A DNA stretch of 54,403 nt from a virus (IMGVR_UViG_3300031951_000213:1-54403); one strand, 5' to 3'; positions 42,952 through 52,719 are shown, counted from the stretch's first letter. Translations and numbers: made by a program. Notes: generated by a model from the letters alone, not told the origin.

Positions 42952-45900
42952 TAGGCGATTGAAATGTTGGTAATGTGGGGCGTAATTAAGCTGGCGCTAG
43001 GCAAAATCGTTACTCCAGTTGATGAAGTTCTTGAGGTGTATCCCAAGCTTTGGTTTTTAGCACTCACGGACAGCCTGTAAAAGCCAACTTGCTCTTGGTC
43101 TAGCAGGACATAGTTATTTGTTTCTGTTGAGGATGTCACTCTTGAACCATTTGGTTTCGACAGCGTAACATAATAACTACTTGCTCCAACAACAGGATTC
43201 CATGATCCAGACAGGTCAACGACACTTGTTCCGCCGAAATTTCCGCTGGAAAATGCGGTTATAACAACATCGTTTAACTGATAATTTTCAACGATTGATG
43301 ATGAAGTGTTGAGTTTTGGCCGCTGAATGAACGAGAATGTATCGTAAAAGTCGTTCAAGTTTTGCGCTGCCTCAATTTCTGCAAACTTGCCAGAGTTAAA
43401 TTTGATAGCGGCCATTTCAAACTCATTCGGCGCGATTTCTCGAATGCTGGCAATTTTATAAACTTCTTTAGGCACGCCAGAAACAGAAACGGAATATGGT
43501 GTTCCAACTTGAACATTATGCAAGAAATCCAAGTTTGGATTGTCAACTGAGGTGTAATCAACAACTCCGCCAGTTGCCCAAACTCCTGTCGGGAAAGACG
43601 TGTTTGGTGATCCACTTGTAATAACGATGCCAGACTTGACTGCCCGCAAATACCAGTACGTTCCGCTTCTCGATATGCTGTAACCAGTTGTGGCATTAAT
43701 CCCAGAAAACAAAGTGTATCCGCCGCTTGTTCCAATTCCAGAATACAATCCAGTTCTCGGGCCAGCAACTCCAGACTGTTGAATTCCAGTTACTAAAATT
43801 TGCTGATATTCTTGGCGCGGAGACAAATAAACATTGCAACCATATTCGGGCGAATTATCATATCCAGTAATTTTGTAGCTTTGGATGCTAGGTACATCGT
43901 TAGTGTATATGTCTTCAAAAGACAATCCACCGCTGTAACGAGCTTTGCCATACATTTCGTCCCAACTTTTGCCGCCGCTTGGCGAAACAAGGGTTAATTC
44001 GCCCAAAAATACCCCACTTTGGAATTTTTCATTTAATCTGACCGTTCTAGAGTCTGGGTCGATTGACAAAACGCGGCCAAAGTTTTTTTGTTGGGTTTTG
44101 AGTTCGTCGTTTACATTAATCAAATCTCCAGGTTTGACAATCAAAGCGTCCATTCCAGCCGTAAAGCTGACACTTTCATTTTCGTCGGTTGTCCCGTAAA
44201 GAATATGTTGGCCGATTCTATTCGCCAGCGTTTTAGACGTTACTCCAAAAGAATCGTAGGTTGTTTTGAGAACGCCTCTTTTACGAATACTTTCCACGTT
44301 TTCAACGTATTCAACCTTACTTTTAAAGTCGTCGTTTTCGTCCAAGTAGGCCACTTCAACCACGTTAAACTCTTGATCGCGGCGAGACGAAGAATAAGAG
44401 AAAATCCCTTCTTTGACGTTTGAGTTTGAAAACTCAAAAGCTGGAACTTTTAGCCTGTCGTCGGCGAAGTTAACCTCTCCATTGTGATAAAAAATACTGC
44501 CCCTGAAAGACGCGGCAATTGAATTAATTGTTTGAAAAACATCAGTTCTGTCGCCCAAAATAATGTTAATTGAATATCTTGGCTCTTTGCCGCCAAAAGC
44601 GTTTGGAACACCAACAAACACACCGTTTTTATCCACGGCATCACAGAATTGGCCGATTTTATAAAGCTCCCAAACGTTGATTTGTCTTGGGTCAAGAAAG
44701 TTTCCAAGGCCATACTCTTGATTAATCAACAGGTCAAACAACACCCAAGCTGGATTATCAGTCCATAGCTCTTTGAATGTGCCGTCCCAATTTCCCCTGT
44801 AAATTTGCAAATCGCTGGCAGTTGCAGCGCTAAAATCCTCTTGAGTTCTATACCTTCGCTTGTCTTCGCCGTTTGGTTTGAGGGGGAAATAGTTACTTGG
44901 AACAAAAACCCTTTTCAGTCTTGCGTCGTAGGAACGCGGCGGAATTTGTGAAATGTTTCGGCTGTCAATTTTCGTGCCGATAATCGCCGAATTTGGGTAA
45001 GAGAATGATGTACTGATTATTTCAGTCACTTTTTCTAGTGAAATTTCACGGCGAACCAAGACGGAGCTAGATTCATGGGTTGTTCTTGTGACGCGAACGA
45101 ATCGTTTTTTACCAGATTCAACACTTGGCAGAACAATTCCAGAAGATGCGTTTAGCGCTCCGCCCGAATTTGACGCGGCCACAAATGAATATTTAGATAA
45201 AATAGACGAATTTTCTTCGCGGCCAATGTCAACAAGCACAGCATTATCAGCAATACCGCTAATCTGGTAAACTCTTTTTTGGACGGTTGACTCAACCTCT
45301 CGACCAAAAGAGTCTTGAAGACCCCATTCAACAGTAAATCTTACTGCTGTTGGTAGTTTTGCGCCAGCTTGAACGCTTCCGATTCCATTTAAACTTTGGT
45401 CTATTTGGTTTGTATCGGAAAGGGCGCGAACACCAATTGTTAAATACACCCTGTCAACATTGCTGTTTTCAATGACGTGAACAATGGGAATTGCGCTCTC
45501 AACGTAAGTTGATTTATTGTTTCCAGCATAGCTCGAAAAGCTTTTGCCGCTACGATTGTCTGTTGAACCTTCTCCAGAAGCATTTTCGGCCAAAGGTATC
45601 TCAGAGTATCCGAGAGTCGAAAAACCATTTGCATCACCAAAGTTTGAAACGCGGAAAATTGATCCGCCGACATTGAACGGGCCAGCTAATTTTACGCCAT
45701 ATTCTTTTGAAATATAAACTTTTCTGAAATAAGAGAGCGGCGTCTGAAATTCATCGCCCATTCTTGCCTCCGCCAGAACATTGTTATAGTTGTATTTTTC
45801 ATTTGCATAGTTCAATACAACAAGCTTGGACACGAAATCTTTAATTGCTTGAACGCTTTCTTGAGTTGGGCCGTCGCCATTTTTGGCCCCAAACAAAATT

Positions 45901-47015
45901 ATTGATCCGCCGATTTCAACAACAGTTGATGACGTTTTTCTAACATAGGTTAAATCAATATAATTCATCGCGCCAAACTTCTTGGCCGAAGTCAAATCGT
46001 CAATTTCCAACCTTTGGAACGCTTGATTCCGAACATCCTCAAGCAATACACAATTTGTATATTCGTCAACGACAAAATCAGAAGACACAGTTTGCGTCTT
46101 TTCTGGTGTTTGAAAAATTGCAACCGTGTTTGAGCAGTCGTTTTGAACCGTCTCATCGAAAGGTTCTCCAAAATTGATTTTTACGGCGAAAAACGGATAC
46201 TCAGAATCGTCTTTTGTCTCGTCAAAAGAGAGAACGTTATTCTTTACATCGACCCAACTGTTATAATTGAATCTCAGCTTTTTCGCCGAAGCGTTTTGAG
46301 AAGCGTCAACGCCGAATCCAGCAGGCGATTCTGCAACCGTGGCAATAAGGTCTATGGACTTGTAAATGCTTTTGGCAATGTCGTCTCTCTCCCATGTGAT
46401 TTCAAAAGAGTTGTCCCGAACAACAGAAGTTGGACACTCGAAAATATTTCCAATATCGCCGCTCGAAGAGACTGGAGAATATGTTAAACATGTGTATGGA
46501 TCGTTAACGGACGCATGATTTGCAAAATAAGAGCGTGTTTTTAAAACACTTGGCCCGTATCTGCCTGTTAAAAATTCTGTTCCGCCAGTTGCGTTGACAC
46601 TGGCTGCTCCAGTGAAATTTTTTTCATTAAAACTTCCCGATCTAAACCATAAACTGTAAAGATTATTCGCTAATCCAGTCAGGGAAAATTCCGCACTTGC
46701 CACGGCGCTTGTGCCAGTATAGCTTGCATCAATGCTTTTCTTAACAGGAACATCGTCAAAGTAAATGCCCTCAAAAATGCGATGGCCTTGAACATATTGG
46801 CCGTTTTGATTAACGAGTCCGTCAATAGGCCCGTCTGAAATCAGGTCAATGTTTTCGGCGTAAGAATAACTTGCCAAACTTTGAAGAGCGCCTAGTTTTG
46901 GTGGCTGCAATTCTGCTGGCGGCGGCGGCGCTGGCGGAGGAATGCTTATGCTGACATCTCCGCCCCTTCTTCCAGCACCCTCGATAATTGATTTTTTGTT
47001 TAAAAAGTGCTGCAT
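42951..47015 (-). CDS. tail tip / host-specificity protein J-like
   Basis: IDLISDGPIDGL, YPNSAIIG, WDGTFK..WTDNPAW, N...V.Y.D..D.F, PGDLI.V.D; C-terminal FN3. Confidence 0.9.
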   Translation of the reverse strand: MQHFLNKKSIIEGAGRRGGDVSISIPPPAPPPPAELQPPKLGALQSLASYSYAENIDLISDGPIDGLVNQNGQYVQGHRIFEGIYFDDVPVKKSIDASYTGTSAVASAEFSLTGLANNLYSLWFRSGSFNEKNFTGAASVNATGGTEFLTGRYGPSVLKTRSYFANHASVNDPYTCLTYSPVSSSGDIGNIFECPTSVVRDNSFEITWERDDIAKSIYKSIDLIATVAESPAGFGVDASQNASAKKLRFNYNSWVDVKNNVLSFDETKDDSEYPFFAVKINFGEPFDETVQNDCSNTVAIFQTPEKTQTVSSDFVVDEYTNCVLLEDVRNQAFQRLEIDDLTSAKKFGAMNYIDLTYVRKTSSTVVEIGGSIILFGAKNGDGPTQESVQAIKDFVSKLVVLNYANEKYNYNNVLAEARMGDEFQTPLSYFRKVYISKEYGVKLAGPFNVGGSIFRVSNFGDANGFSTLGYSEIPLAENASGEGSTDNRSGKSFSSYAGNNKSTYVESAIPIVHVIENSNVDRVYLTIGVRALSDTNQIDQSLNGIGSVQAGAKLPTAVRFTVEWGLQDSFGREVESTVQKRVYQISGIADNAVLVDIGREENSSILSKYSFVAASNSGGALNASSGIVLPSVESGKKRFVRVTRTTHESSSVLVRREISLEKVTEIISTSFSYPNSAIIGTKIDSRNISQIPPRSYDARLKRVFVPSNYFPLKPNGEDKRRYRTQEDFSAATASDLQIYRGNWDGTFKELWTDNPAWVLFDLLINQEYGLGNFLDPRQINVWELYKIGQFCDAVDKNGVFVGVPNAFGGKEPRYSINIILGDRTDVFQTINSIAASFRGSIFYHNGEVNFADDRLKVPAFEFSNSNVKEGIFSYSSSRRDQEFNVVEVAYLDENDDFKSKVEYVENVESIRKRGVLKTTYDSFGVTSKTLANRIGQHILYGTTDENESVSFTAGMDALIVKPGDLINVNDELKTQQKNFGRVLSIDPDSRTVRLNEKFQSGVFLGELTLVSPSGGKSWDEMYGKARYSGGLSFEDIYTNDVPSIQSYKITGYDNSPEYGCNVYLSPRQEYQQILVTGIQQSGVAGPRTGLYSGIGTSGGYTLFSGINATTGYSISRSGTYWYLRAVKSGIVITSGSPNTSFPTGVWATGGVVDYTSVDNPNLDFLHNVQVGTPYSVSVSGVPKEVYKIASIREIAPNEFEMAAIKFNSGKFAEIEAAQNLNDFYDTFSFIQRPKLNTSSSIVENYQLNDVVITAFSSGNFGGTSVVDLSGSWNPVVGASSYYVTLSKPNGSRVTSSTETNNYVLLDQEQVGFYRLSVSAKNQSLGYTSRTSSTGVTILPSASLITPHITNISIA

Positions 47016-47692
47016 TAAATTTGCTGGTTGTGGACAATGCTCATGTAACTTTGACCCTCTTCAAGGCTTTGGGAGGCAAATTCATCAAAAGTGCTTACGC
47101 TGTTTGGGTAACTTTTGATGTTTTCTTGGATAATAGCGCTTCCTACGCGGAGTCTTCCATAGGCGAGAGGAATAGGATTCCCTTGAGATGCAACGTTTTC
47201 TCTGTTTGAGAAAAGGAACGACTTGCTTGTTGCACTGGTTGCGGCAGTTGATTGGTTGGGGTTGCTTTGAGAAATGGCATTTGCTTGTGGCGGTTTTGTT
47301 AGGAGGCTTTGCAAACCAAAAGAAATGGCCGAAAATGCCACAGCCAAAAGCATTGACCCGATTAGTGTTGCTGTTCCGCCGAGCGCAACGCCGCCAATTG
47401 CTGCAAGAGCGCCCACAACCAACGCTGCTACGCCAGCGCCAAAAATCGTGGGAACAATGTGAATTGTTTTCATTTTTGAAACAACGGACAAGTCATTTTC
47501 GTTGGAAAGCTCCCTGTCATCAACAACAAGAGTGTATTGGCAACCATTTTTGCCCAATTCAATAATTTCTTTGTTGAACCCCTCGAAAGAACACTCTAAA
47601 GCCCTAAACACATCTCTTGGTTTGGAAAGCGAAAAGCAGTGTTTTTTGCCATATTTTTGGCCCAAATAACCATGAATGAAAACGGTGGTCAT
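47015..47692 (-). CDS. tail assembly protein I-like
   Basis: IHGYLGQKYGK, IHIVPTIFGAG, hydrophobic segment, QGNPIPLAYGRLRVGS. Confidence 0.88.
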   Translation of the reverse strand: MTTVFIHGYLGQKYGKKHCFSLSKPRDVFRALECSFEGFNKEIIELGKNGCQYTLVVDDRELSNENDLSVVSKMKTIHIVPTIFGAGVAALVVGALAAIGGVALGGTATLIGSMLLAVAFSAISFGLQSLLTKPPQANAISQSNPNQSTAATSATSKSFLFSNRENVASQGNPIPLAYGRLRVGSAIIQENIKSYPNSVSTFDEFASQSLEEGQSYMSIVHNQQI

Positions 47693-48054
47693 AACAGCTT
47701 TCCAAACTCCTCTAAAAGGTTTTCGTTCACTTCGCTGTTTTCAGGAACATGCAAGTGAAACTTGTTTTCTGGAATAGAGTAAACTAAAAAAGGCAACGCG
47801 CAATTCTTAGAGTTTGCCAAGTCAAATTCGCTAGGCTCACAACCACTGTTTATATGAGAATGAAACACGGCCACGAAAATATACTCGTTTTTAAACTTTA
47901 AATAATCCAGTGGCGAAATAGAAAAATACTTGTTTGGCTCTGGATTGTGGTTGTGCATTTGCTTAAACAAAAACTCTTTGCCGTCAAAGCCAATAAACCC
48001 GCAGATTTCGGCCATTGGGCTAGTTTTTGAAGCTGTTATCAATTGTTTAATCAT
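47689..48054 (-). CDS. tail assembly protein K-like (JAB/MPN domain only)
   Basis: EICGFI, VFHSH, PSEFD; start at 48054 (TAATG overlap). Confidence 0.85.
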   Translation of the reverse strand: MIKQLITASKTSPMAEICGFIGFDGKEFLFKQMHNHNPEPNKYFSISPLDYLKFKNEYIFVAVFHSHINSGCEPSEFDLANSKNCALPFLVYSIPENKFHLHVPENSEVNENLLEEFGKLL

Positions 48055-48983
48055 TAAAACCGATATTTGTTGGTTGCAGGATACCCGCCGAAAGGAAGAT
48101 AACCCTTGTAGCAAAGGTTTGTTGGATCGTCCATGAAGCGCTTTTTGCAGCCAGTGATTGTTTTTGAGCACTCGTCTTTCTCCCAATAGAGAGAGCCGTT
48201 TGGCTGGTTTGGATGATTTGTTGGGCTGGAAACGTGGCTGGCAATGCAAACGAAAAATGTTTTTGGCGGATTTTTGTAGTTTTCAACGTAAACGCAAGCA
48301 CCTCGCTGGTATGTTTCACCGTTTACCCAAAGGTTTCGCGCCGATTTTAGCTCAAAATCACCCGTGAATGGCGAGGAGAAATCAGAATCGTCGGATTTGC
48401 AAATTGGAGGACCACAATAATTGCATCCTTTGCCACGATACTGGAAGGGACAATAGTTTGCAATAATGGTTTTCCCCGCAATGTTAAAGCTCTCAAGGTC
48501 AAATGGATAAGTTAGCTCAAGCTCCACAAGTTCCTTGTTTTCGCCAGTCTTTTGAGAAACAACATATTCCTCACGAGAAAGAATGCCGTTTGGGTCTGGA
48601 ATTCCGTATGGGTTTGTGCCAGCGTCAAAGTTTTCAGCATCCAAACACCGAACCATTGTTTTGATTATCACAATTTTAGCGTTACGAAATTCATTTTTTC
48701 GGCGCAAAAGTTGAGAAATTTGTCCTCCAACGTTGGAAATTCGGATTTTTGGGCGAGAAATTCGTTGCTGGATGTTGGTTTCCGTGGAGTCAATTTCGGC
48801 GGCAATAGGAGAATATCTGATTCCCCCGAAAACGATTGACCCATTAAAACCATTCGTGCCATTTACAAAGGGAAAGTAATTTTCGGGTTCTTGCAACGTA
48901 TCATAGTAAAGCCTATAGAGATTCACCACCGCGCTTGGGGCGATTTGCAGCAAGTTTCTTTTGCTTTTTTCTGATAGAGCCAT
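48054..48983 (-). CDS. minor tail protein L-like
   Basis: RPKIRISN, LDAENF, CPFQYRGKGCNY, DECSKTITGCKKRF, LPFGGYPA. Confidence 0.9.
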   Translation of the reverse strand: MALSEKSKRNLLQIAPSAVVNLYRLYYDTLQEPENYFPFVNGTNGFNGSIVFGGIRYSPIAAEIDSTETNIQQRISRPKIRISNVGGQISQLLRRKNEFRNAKIVIIKTMVRCLDAENFDAGTNPYGIPDPNGILSREEYVVSQKTGENKELVELELTYPFDLESFNIAGKTIIANYCPFQYRGKGCNYCGPPICKSDDSDFSSPFTGDFELKSARNLWVNGETYQRGACVYVENYKNPPKTFFVCIASHVSSPTNHPNQPNGSLYWEKDECSKTITGCKKRFMDDPTNLCYKGYLPFGGYPATNKYRF

Positions 48984-49012
48984 GAGTTTAAACCGTTATC
49001 CTTGATAGTGAG

Positions 49013-49018
49013 TTACAC
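49013..49018 (-). promoter_or_regulatory. GTGTAA late-type promoter for the tail-tip operon
   Basis: 29 nt before the tail L ATG. Confidence 0.55.
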
Positions 49019-49096
49019 TGTAAAGGCACACTAACCACGCTTTGGAATAGTAAAAATAAGATATTTAAAAAGTTCTATGTTATTTTTTAACAATTA

Positions 49097-49102
49097 GTGT
49101 AA
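49097..49102 (+). promoter_or_regulatory. GTGTAA late-type promoter for tnpB
   Basis: GTGTAATATA; the hexamer ends 10 nt before GTG 49113. Confidence 0.55.
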
Positions 49103-49112
49103 TATATTTAGA

Positions 49113-50312
49113 GTGAATCATCGCGGTTATAAATTTCGTATCTATCCAGCGCCAGAACAAGAGGCTGTTCTACGCAAAACAATTGGATCGTGCAGATTTG
49201 TCTATAATTGGGCGCTAGCACAGAGAAGAGAGGCGTGGGTTAAAGAGAAGAAATCCATAAACTACGCCAAATCGTGCAAGGCGTTGACGGAGTTAAAAGG
49301 CTCTCCCGAAAAGGCTTGGCTTAATGAAGTGTCGAGCGTTTGCTTGCAGCAAAGTTTGAATAATTTAGATGTTGCGTTCGGCAATTTCTTCAAGAAACGC
49401 GCCGCGTATCCCTCGTTTAAAGCTCGCAAAAATGGCGGTTCTGCGCGGTTCACAGATAACGCTTTCCGCCTAAAAGGCGACTATCTTTTTCTCGCGAAGA
49501 TTAAAACACCCTTTAAAGTCGTTTGGTCGCGCCCGCTTTCCAATATCCCAAATTCAGTAACCGTTTCTCAAAATGCTAGCGGTCAATGGTTTGCCTCATT
49601 CCTATGCGAGGAGGAAATTGCCAAACTTCCGCCTTCCGACAAACGAATCGGTATCGACGCTGGTATTGAAAACTTCGCAACTCTCTCAGACGGGCGAAAA
49701 TTTCAATCTCCGAAAGCGATTCGTAAATTGCGCAAGAAACTAGCACGCCTGCAAAGGCGTCACTCTCGCAAAAAGAAAGGTTCTAAAAACCGTGAACGCG
49801 CCCGCAAAAAAGTTGCCCGTGTTCACCAGCGCATCGCAGATGTGCGCAAAGATTTCCTCCACAAATTGTCAACTCAACTCGTTCGCGAAAACCAAGCGAT
49901 TGCTTTGGAAGACTTGTCTGTGTCAAGTATGGTCAAGAACCGCAAACTTTCTCGCGTAATTAGCGAGCAAGGCTGGCGCGAATTCAGAACTATACTTGAA
50001 TACAAGTGCGAGTGGTATGGGCGAGAACTACTAATCGTAGATCGTTGGTTCCCAAGTAGCAAAACCTGCTCATGTTGTGGAGCGAAGGCTAGCTTTGGCC
50101 TAGAAATAAGGCAATGGACGTGTGGCGCTTGCGGCGCAAGCCACGACAGAGACGTGAACGCCGCGAAAAACATTTTGGCCGCTGGACAAGCGGTGTCAGA
50201 CTGTGGAGTGGACGGAAGACCAACGAAGAACTACGTTCTTCGGGGCAGGACACAACGAAGCAGTAAAACGAAAGCGCGAGCATCGAAAACAACATCTCTT
50301 AAAGATGAATAA
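49113..50312 (+). CDS. tnpB: TnpB RNA-guided endonuclease (IS200/IS605 family), solo
   Basis: YKFRIYP, GSCRFVYN; RuvC GIDAG / LEDL / DRDVNAA all intact; Zn finger CSCC...CGAC. Confidence 0.96.
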   Translation: MNHRGYKFRIYPAPEQEAVLRKTIGSCRFVYNWALAQRREAWVKEKKSINYAKSCKALTELKGSPEKAWLNEVSSVCLQQSLNNLDVAFGNFFKKRAAYPSFKARKNGGSARFTDNAFRLKGDYLFLAKIKTPFKVVWSRPLSNIPNSVTVSQNASGQWFASFLCEEEIAKLPPSDKRIGIDAGIENFATLSDGRKFQSPKAIRKLRKKLARLQRRHSRKKKGSKNRERARKKVARVHQRIADVRKDFLHKLSTQLVRENQAIALEDLSVSSMVKNRKLSRVISEQGWREFRTILEYKCEWYGRELLIVDRWFPSSKTCSCCGAKASFGLEIRQWTCGACGASHDRDVNAAKNILAAGQAVSDCGVDGRPTKNYVLRGRTQRSSKTKARASKTTSLKDE

Positions 50313-50339
50313 ATGTCAAACTATCGAAGAGTTTTATAT
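50175..50339 (+). ncRNA. putative omega/reRNA (scaffold to 50319, guide after)
   Basis: Overlaps the tnpB 3' end; hairpins GCCGC/GCGGT, CGAAGAAC/GTTCTTCG and CATCT/AGATG; right-end-like TGTCAA ending at 50319. Confidence 0.6.
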
Positions 50340-50802
50340 TAACGGCAGCTTTTTCGCGAAAGAAAAGAAGGTTCTAGAAATTTGGAAAACCTTTTGCCTG
50401 AAAAGTCCGCCGTTGCCCGAATTGGGAAAAGGCTCGTTGTCGGGCCGACACGACAAGATTTTTGACTATTTTCGGCGGAATTTTGAGAATAACCTGTGTT
50501 TTCTAGAGAAAAATGGCCGATTTGTGATTTTTGGAGATGGGAAAAGCTGGCTGGACGACCCAACCGCAACCTTACCCGCTGGTAAATTGGCGACAATGAT
50601 TATGGGCGCATCAGAAAAAACCCTAGACCCATACGATTCTATAAAAATGCTGCAAGAGTTTTTCCGCCGATTGAAGGAAAAATACAGTTATGACGTTGTA
50701 GCTTGGAACCAAAACAGGGAATTCCGCCGAAAACCATTTGAGCGGCTAATGAAGAGACTCGGGGCGAAACAAACGGGAGATTGCTTTTACTTGAAACTAT
50801 GA
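50305..50802 (+). CDS. hypothetical protein starting inside the IS right end
   Basis: ATG 50305 overlaps the tnpB stop (ATGAATAA). Confidence 0.65.
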   Translation: MNKCQTIEEFYINGSFFAKEKKVLEIWKTFCLKSPPLPELGKGSLSGRHDKIFDYFRRNFENNLCFLEKNGRFVIFGDGKSWLDDPTATLPAGKLATMIMGASEKTLDPYDSIKMLQEFFRRLKEKYSYDVVAWNQNREFRRKPFERLMKRLGAKQTGDCFYLKL

Positions 50803-51329
50803 TTGAACACAAAAAATTCAAACACGCACTAGACAAACACGGCTGCGGGGAGATGGGATTTTCCGCCGAGGTAGTTTTTAAGAAATTGGCCGAAGAAAAA
50901 GGCTATTCCGTAAGGGTGGCCCGTCGTGAAGAACAGTTTTCTCATGTAGATTTCATTCTTTCAAAGGGGAAAGAAGAGTGGAGAATCGACGTAAAAGGAG
51001 CCAAACGCAAGAAAAGAACGGACGAAAATGTAGATTACACCATTTTGTGGCTGGAATTTCGTAATGGCAACGGCGGAGAGGGCTGGCTTACAAAGGAAGA
51101 AAAGGGCGCAACAACAATTGCTTTTGAATTAGAGAACGAATTTGTTATTGTTTCGAGGAAAGAATTGCTGGAATTGGCAAAAAAACTGTGCAATCTCGAA
51201 AATCGTGTTGACTCGGCCAAAAAGGCGTTGTATAATGGTTACAAGAGATTCGGGCGGCGCGATTTGCTGTCCATTATCAAAACAGAAGACTTATACAAAA
51301 TCAAACACAGCATATGGCCGAAAAACTAA
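50799..51329 (+). CDS. PD-(D/E)XK nuclease (resolvase-like)
   Basis: G..AE..F, HVDFIL, IDVKG, WLEFRNGNG..GWL. Confidence 0.75.
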   Translation: MIEHKKFKHALDKHGCGEMGFSAEVVFKKLAEEKGYSVRVARREEQFSHVDFILSKGKEEWRIDVKGAKRKKRTDENVDYTILWLEFRNGNGGEGWLTKEEKGATTIAFELENEFVIVSRKELLELAKKLCNLENRVDSAKKALYNGYKRFGRRDLLSIIKTEDLYKIKHSIWPKN

Positions 51330-51631
51330 TCAAAGACGGAAAAGTGGCAGTTCTATATTCACCAAGATATGGGGCGGGATGGTATAGCTGGAATACGGAA
51401 CATAAAGACTTGCTTTTTCATCCAAAAATCGTTCAAAAAGTTCTCGACGGAAAGAGAGAAGAGATAACCGACGAATTCATCCAAGACCTTCTTGGAATTA
51501 ACATTTACACGGGGGGGGCAGAAGACCTTGAGGTGGAATGGATTGCAGAAGGGACAGCGTTTGAAATTACAGAACATGATGGTTACGAACGAATTGAAAC
51601 TATATCTAACCACGAATGGCTTGTCTCTTAA
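51314..51631 (+). CDS. conserved hypothetical phage protein
   Basis: KVAVLYSPRYGAGWYSWN...FEITEHDGYE. Confidence 0.75.
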   Translation: MAEKLIKDGKVAVLYSPRYGAGWYSWNTEHKDLLFHPKIVQKVLDGKREEITDEFIQDLLGINIYTGGAEDLEVEWIAEGTAFEITEHDGYERIETISNHEWLVS

Positions 51632-51637
51632 CAAAAC

Positions 51638-51874
51638 ATGAATAACCCACCCCAAATCCCTCCCGCTTACTACTGCGGAGGCTATACGAGTCTAGCAGAA
51701 TGCGCTGAATGCAAAGCAATTGGCCAATATTGGGACTTCCATCCAGCTAACCCTTGTCGTTTTTGCGGCGGAAAAGTAAAAGAAATCGACGCTGGAATTT
51801 GGCGGCAGAAAGTTGTTGGGAAGAAGTTTTTCGGCCTATTTAACAAATACGAAGGATATTGGGAGAAAAAATGA
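51638..51874 (+). CDS. small Zn-ribbon protein
   Basis: CAEC...CRFCG. Confidence 0.6.
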   Translation: MNNPPQIPPAYYCGGYTSLAECAECKAIGQYWDFHPANPCRFCGGKVKEIDAGIWRQKVVGKKFFGLFNKYEGYWEKK

Positions 51875-52152
51875 TTAAAATCAAAACAATCCTTAACCAC
51901 GGCGGCTCCTATCCCTTCCAAATCGACGCATTAACAATTGATGATAGGATGATTTATGGTCGCTATAGAAATGGCCGAGTTCGCGTTTACGTTGGCGAAT
52001 TTGGAGATTTCTCAGAATATGCTGCTGTAGATGGTGACATGATATTCTCTAATTTGATTGGAGACGCATTTGACGGAACTATGACCCTCGAAGAATTTAA
52101 AGAAGCGACCAAAACAACGCTTGACTTTTCTGAGGCAGTAGATGATAGTTAA
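51871..52152 (+). CDS. hypothetical protein
   Basis: ATGA overlap; YPFQ...IYGRYRNG. Confidence 0.65.
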   Translation: MIKIKTILNHGGSYPFQIDALTIDDRMIYGRYRNGRVRVYVGEFGDFSEYAAVDGDMIFSNLIGDAFDGTMTLEEFKEATKTTLDFSEAVDDS

Positions 52153-52154
52153 AC

Positions 52155-52373
52155 ATGCTAACCTTTAAATACAAATTCTACGAACGCAGTCCTGATGGGC
52201 TTCTCAAACAACCTCCAGTTTTAGGAGCGTATTACGATGAAGACTACTCATTGAGGGGCTACTTTGACACAGAGCAAGACGCTAAAAATGTTATCCTAAA
52301 TTTACAAGGACAAGACCAACATTACGCGGCGGAATTAGTTCTTGTTCAGGAGGTTGTTCATACTTACGAATAA
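52155..52373 (+). CDS. hypothetical protein
   Basis: Tightly packed ORF. Confidence 0.6.
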   Translation: MLTFKYKFYERSPDGLLKQPPVLGAYYDEDYSLRGYFDTEQDAKNVILNLQGQDQHYAAELVLVQEVVHTYE

Positions 52374-52374
52374 T

Positions 52375-52719
52375 ATGGCCCATTCATACTTTCACGCAAA
52401 AAGCTCCGCAAAGAAATTTGGCGGTAAGCTGGAAGACTACCTTCCACTACATTGCTGGTTTGACGAAAGCAAATCTTATATTGCGGAGGCACAACACCGC
52501 GCTCTGAGGCATCACTCGGAGGGAATCTTTATGGCGGAAAAGATTTTCGGCCAAATCATTAAAAACTCCGTTGGGAAAGAAATTCCAGTGAGAATAGTCG
52601 GAGAACAACACATGTTGGAGGATTTTGGCTTTATTCCAACCGTAGCCGATTGGTTATTGAAAATTCCACTAGAGCCTTGGATGTATAAAAAAGCGAAAAA
52701 ACTCTCAAAAACTCTATGA
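52375..52719 (+). CDS. DUF6915-like His-rich protein
   Basis: HAKSSAKKFGG..EDY...H.WFDESK, HRALRHH, EQH..ED. Confidence 0.75.
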   Translation: MAHSYFHAKSSAKKFGGKLEDYLPLHCWFDESKSYIAEAQHRALRHHSEGIFMAEKIFGQIIKNSVGKEIPVRIVGEQHMLEDFGFIPTVADWLLKIPLEPWMYKKAKKLSKTL

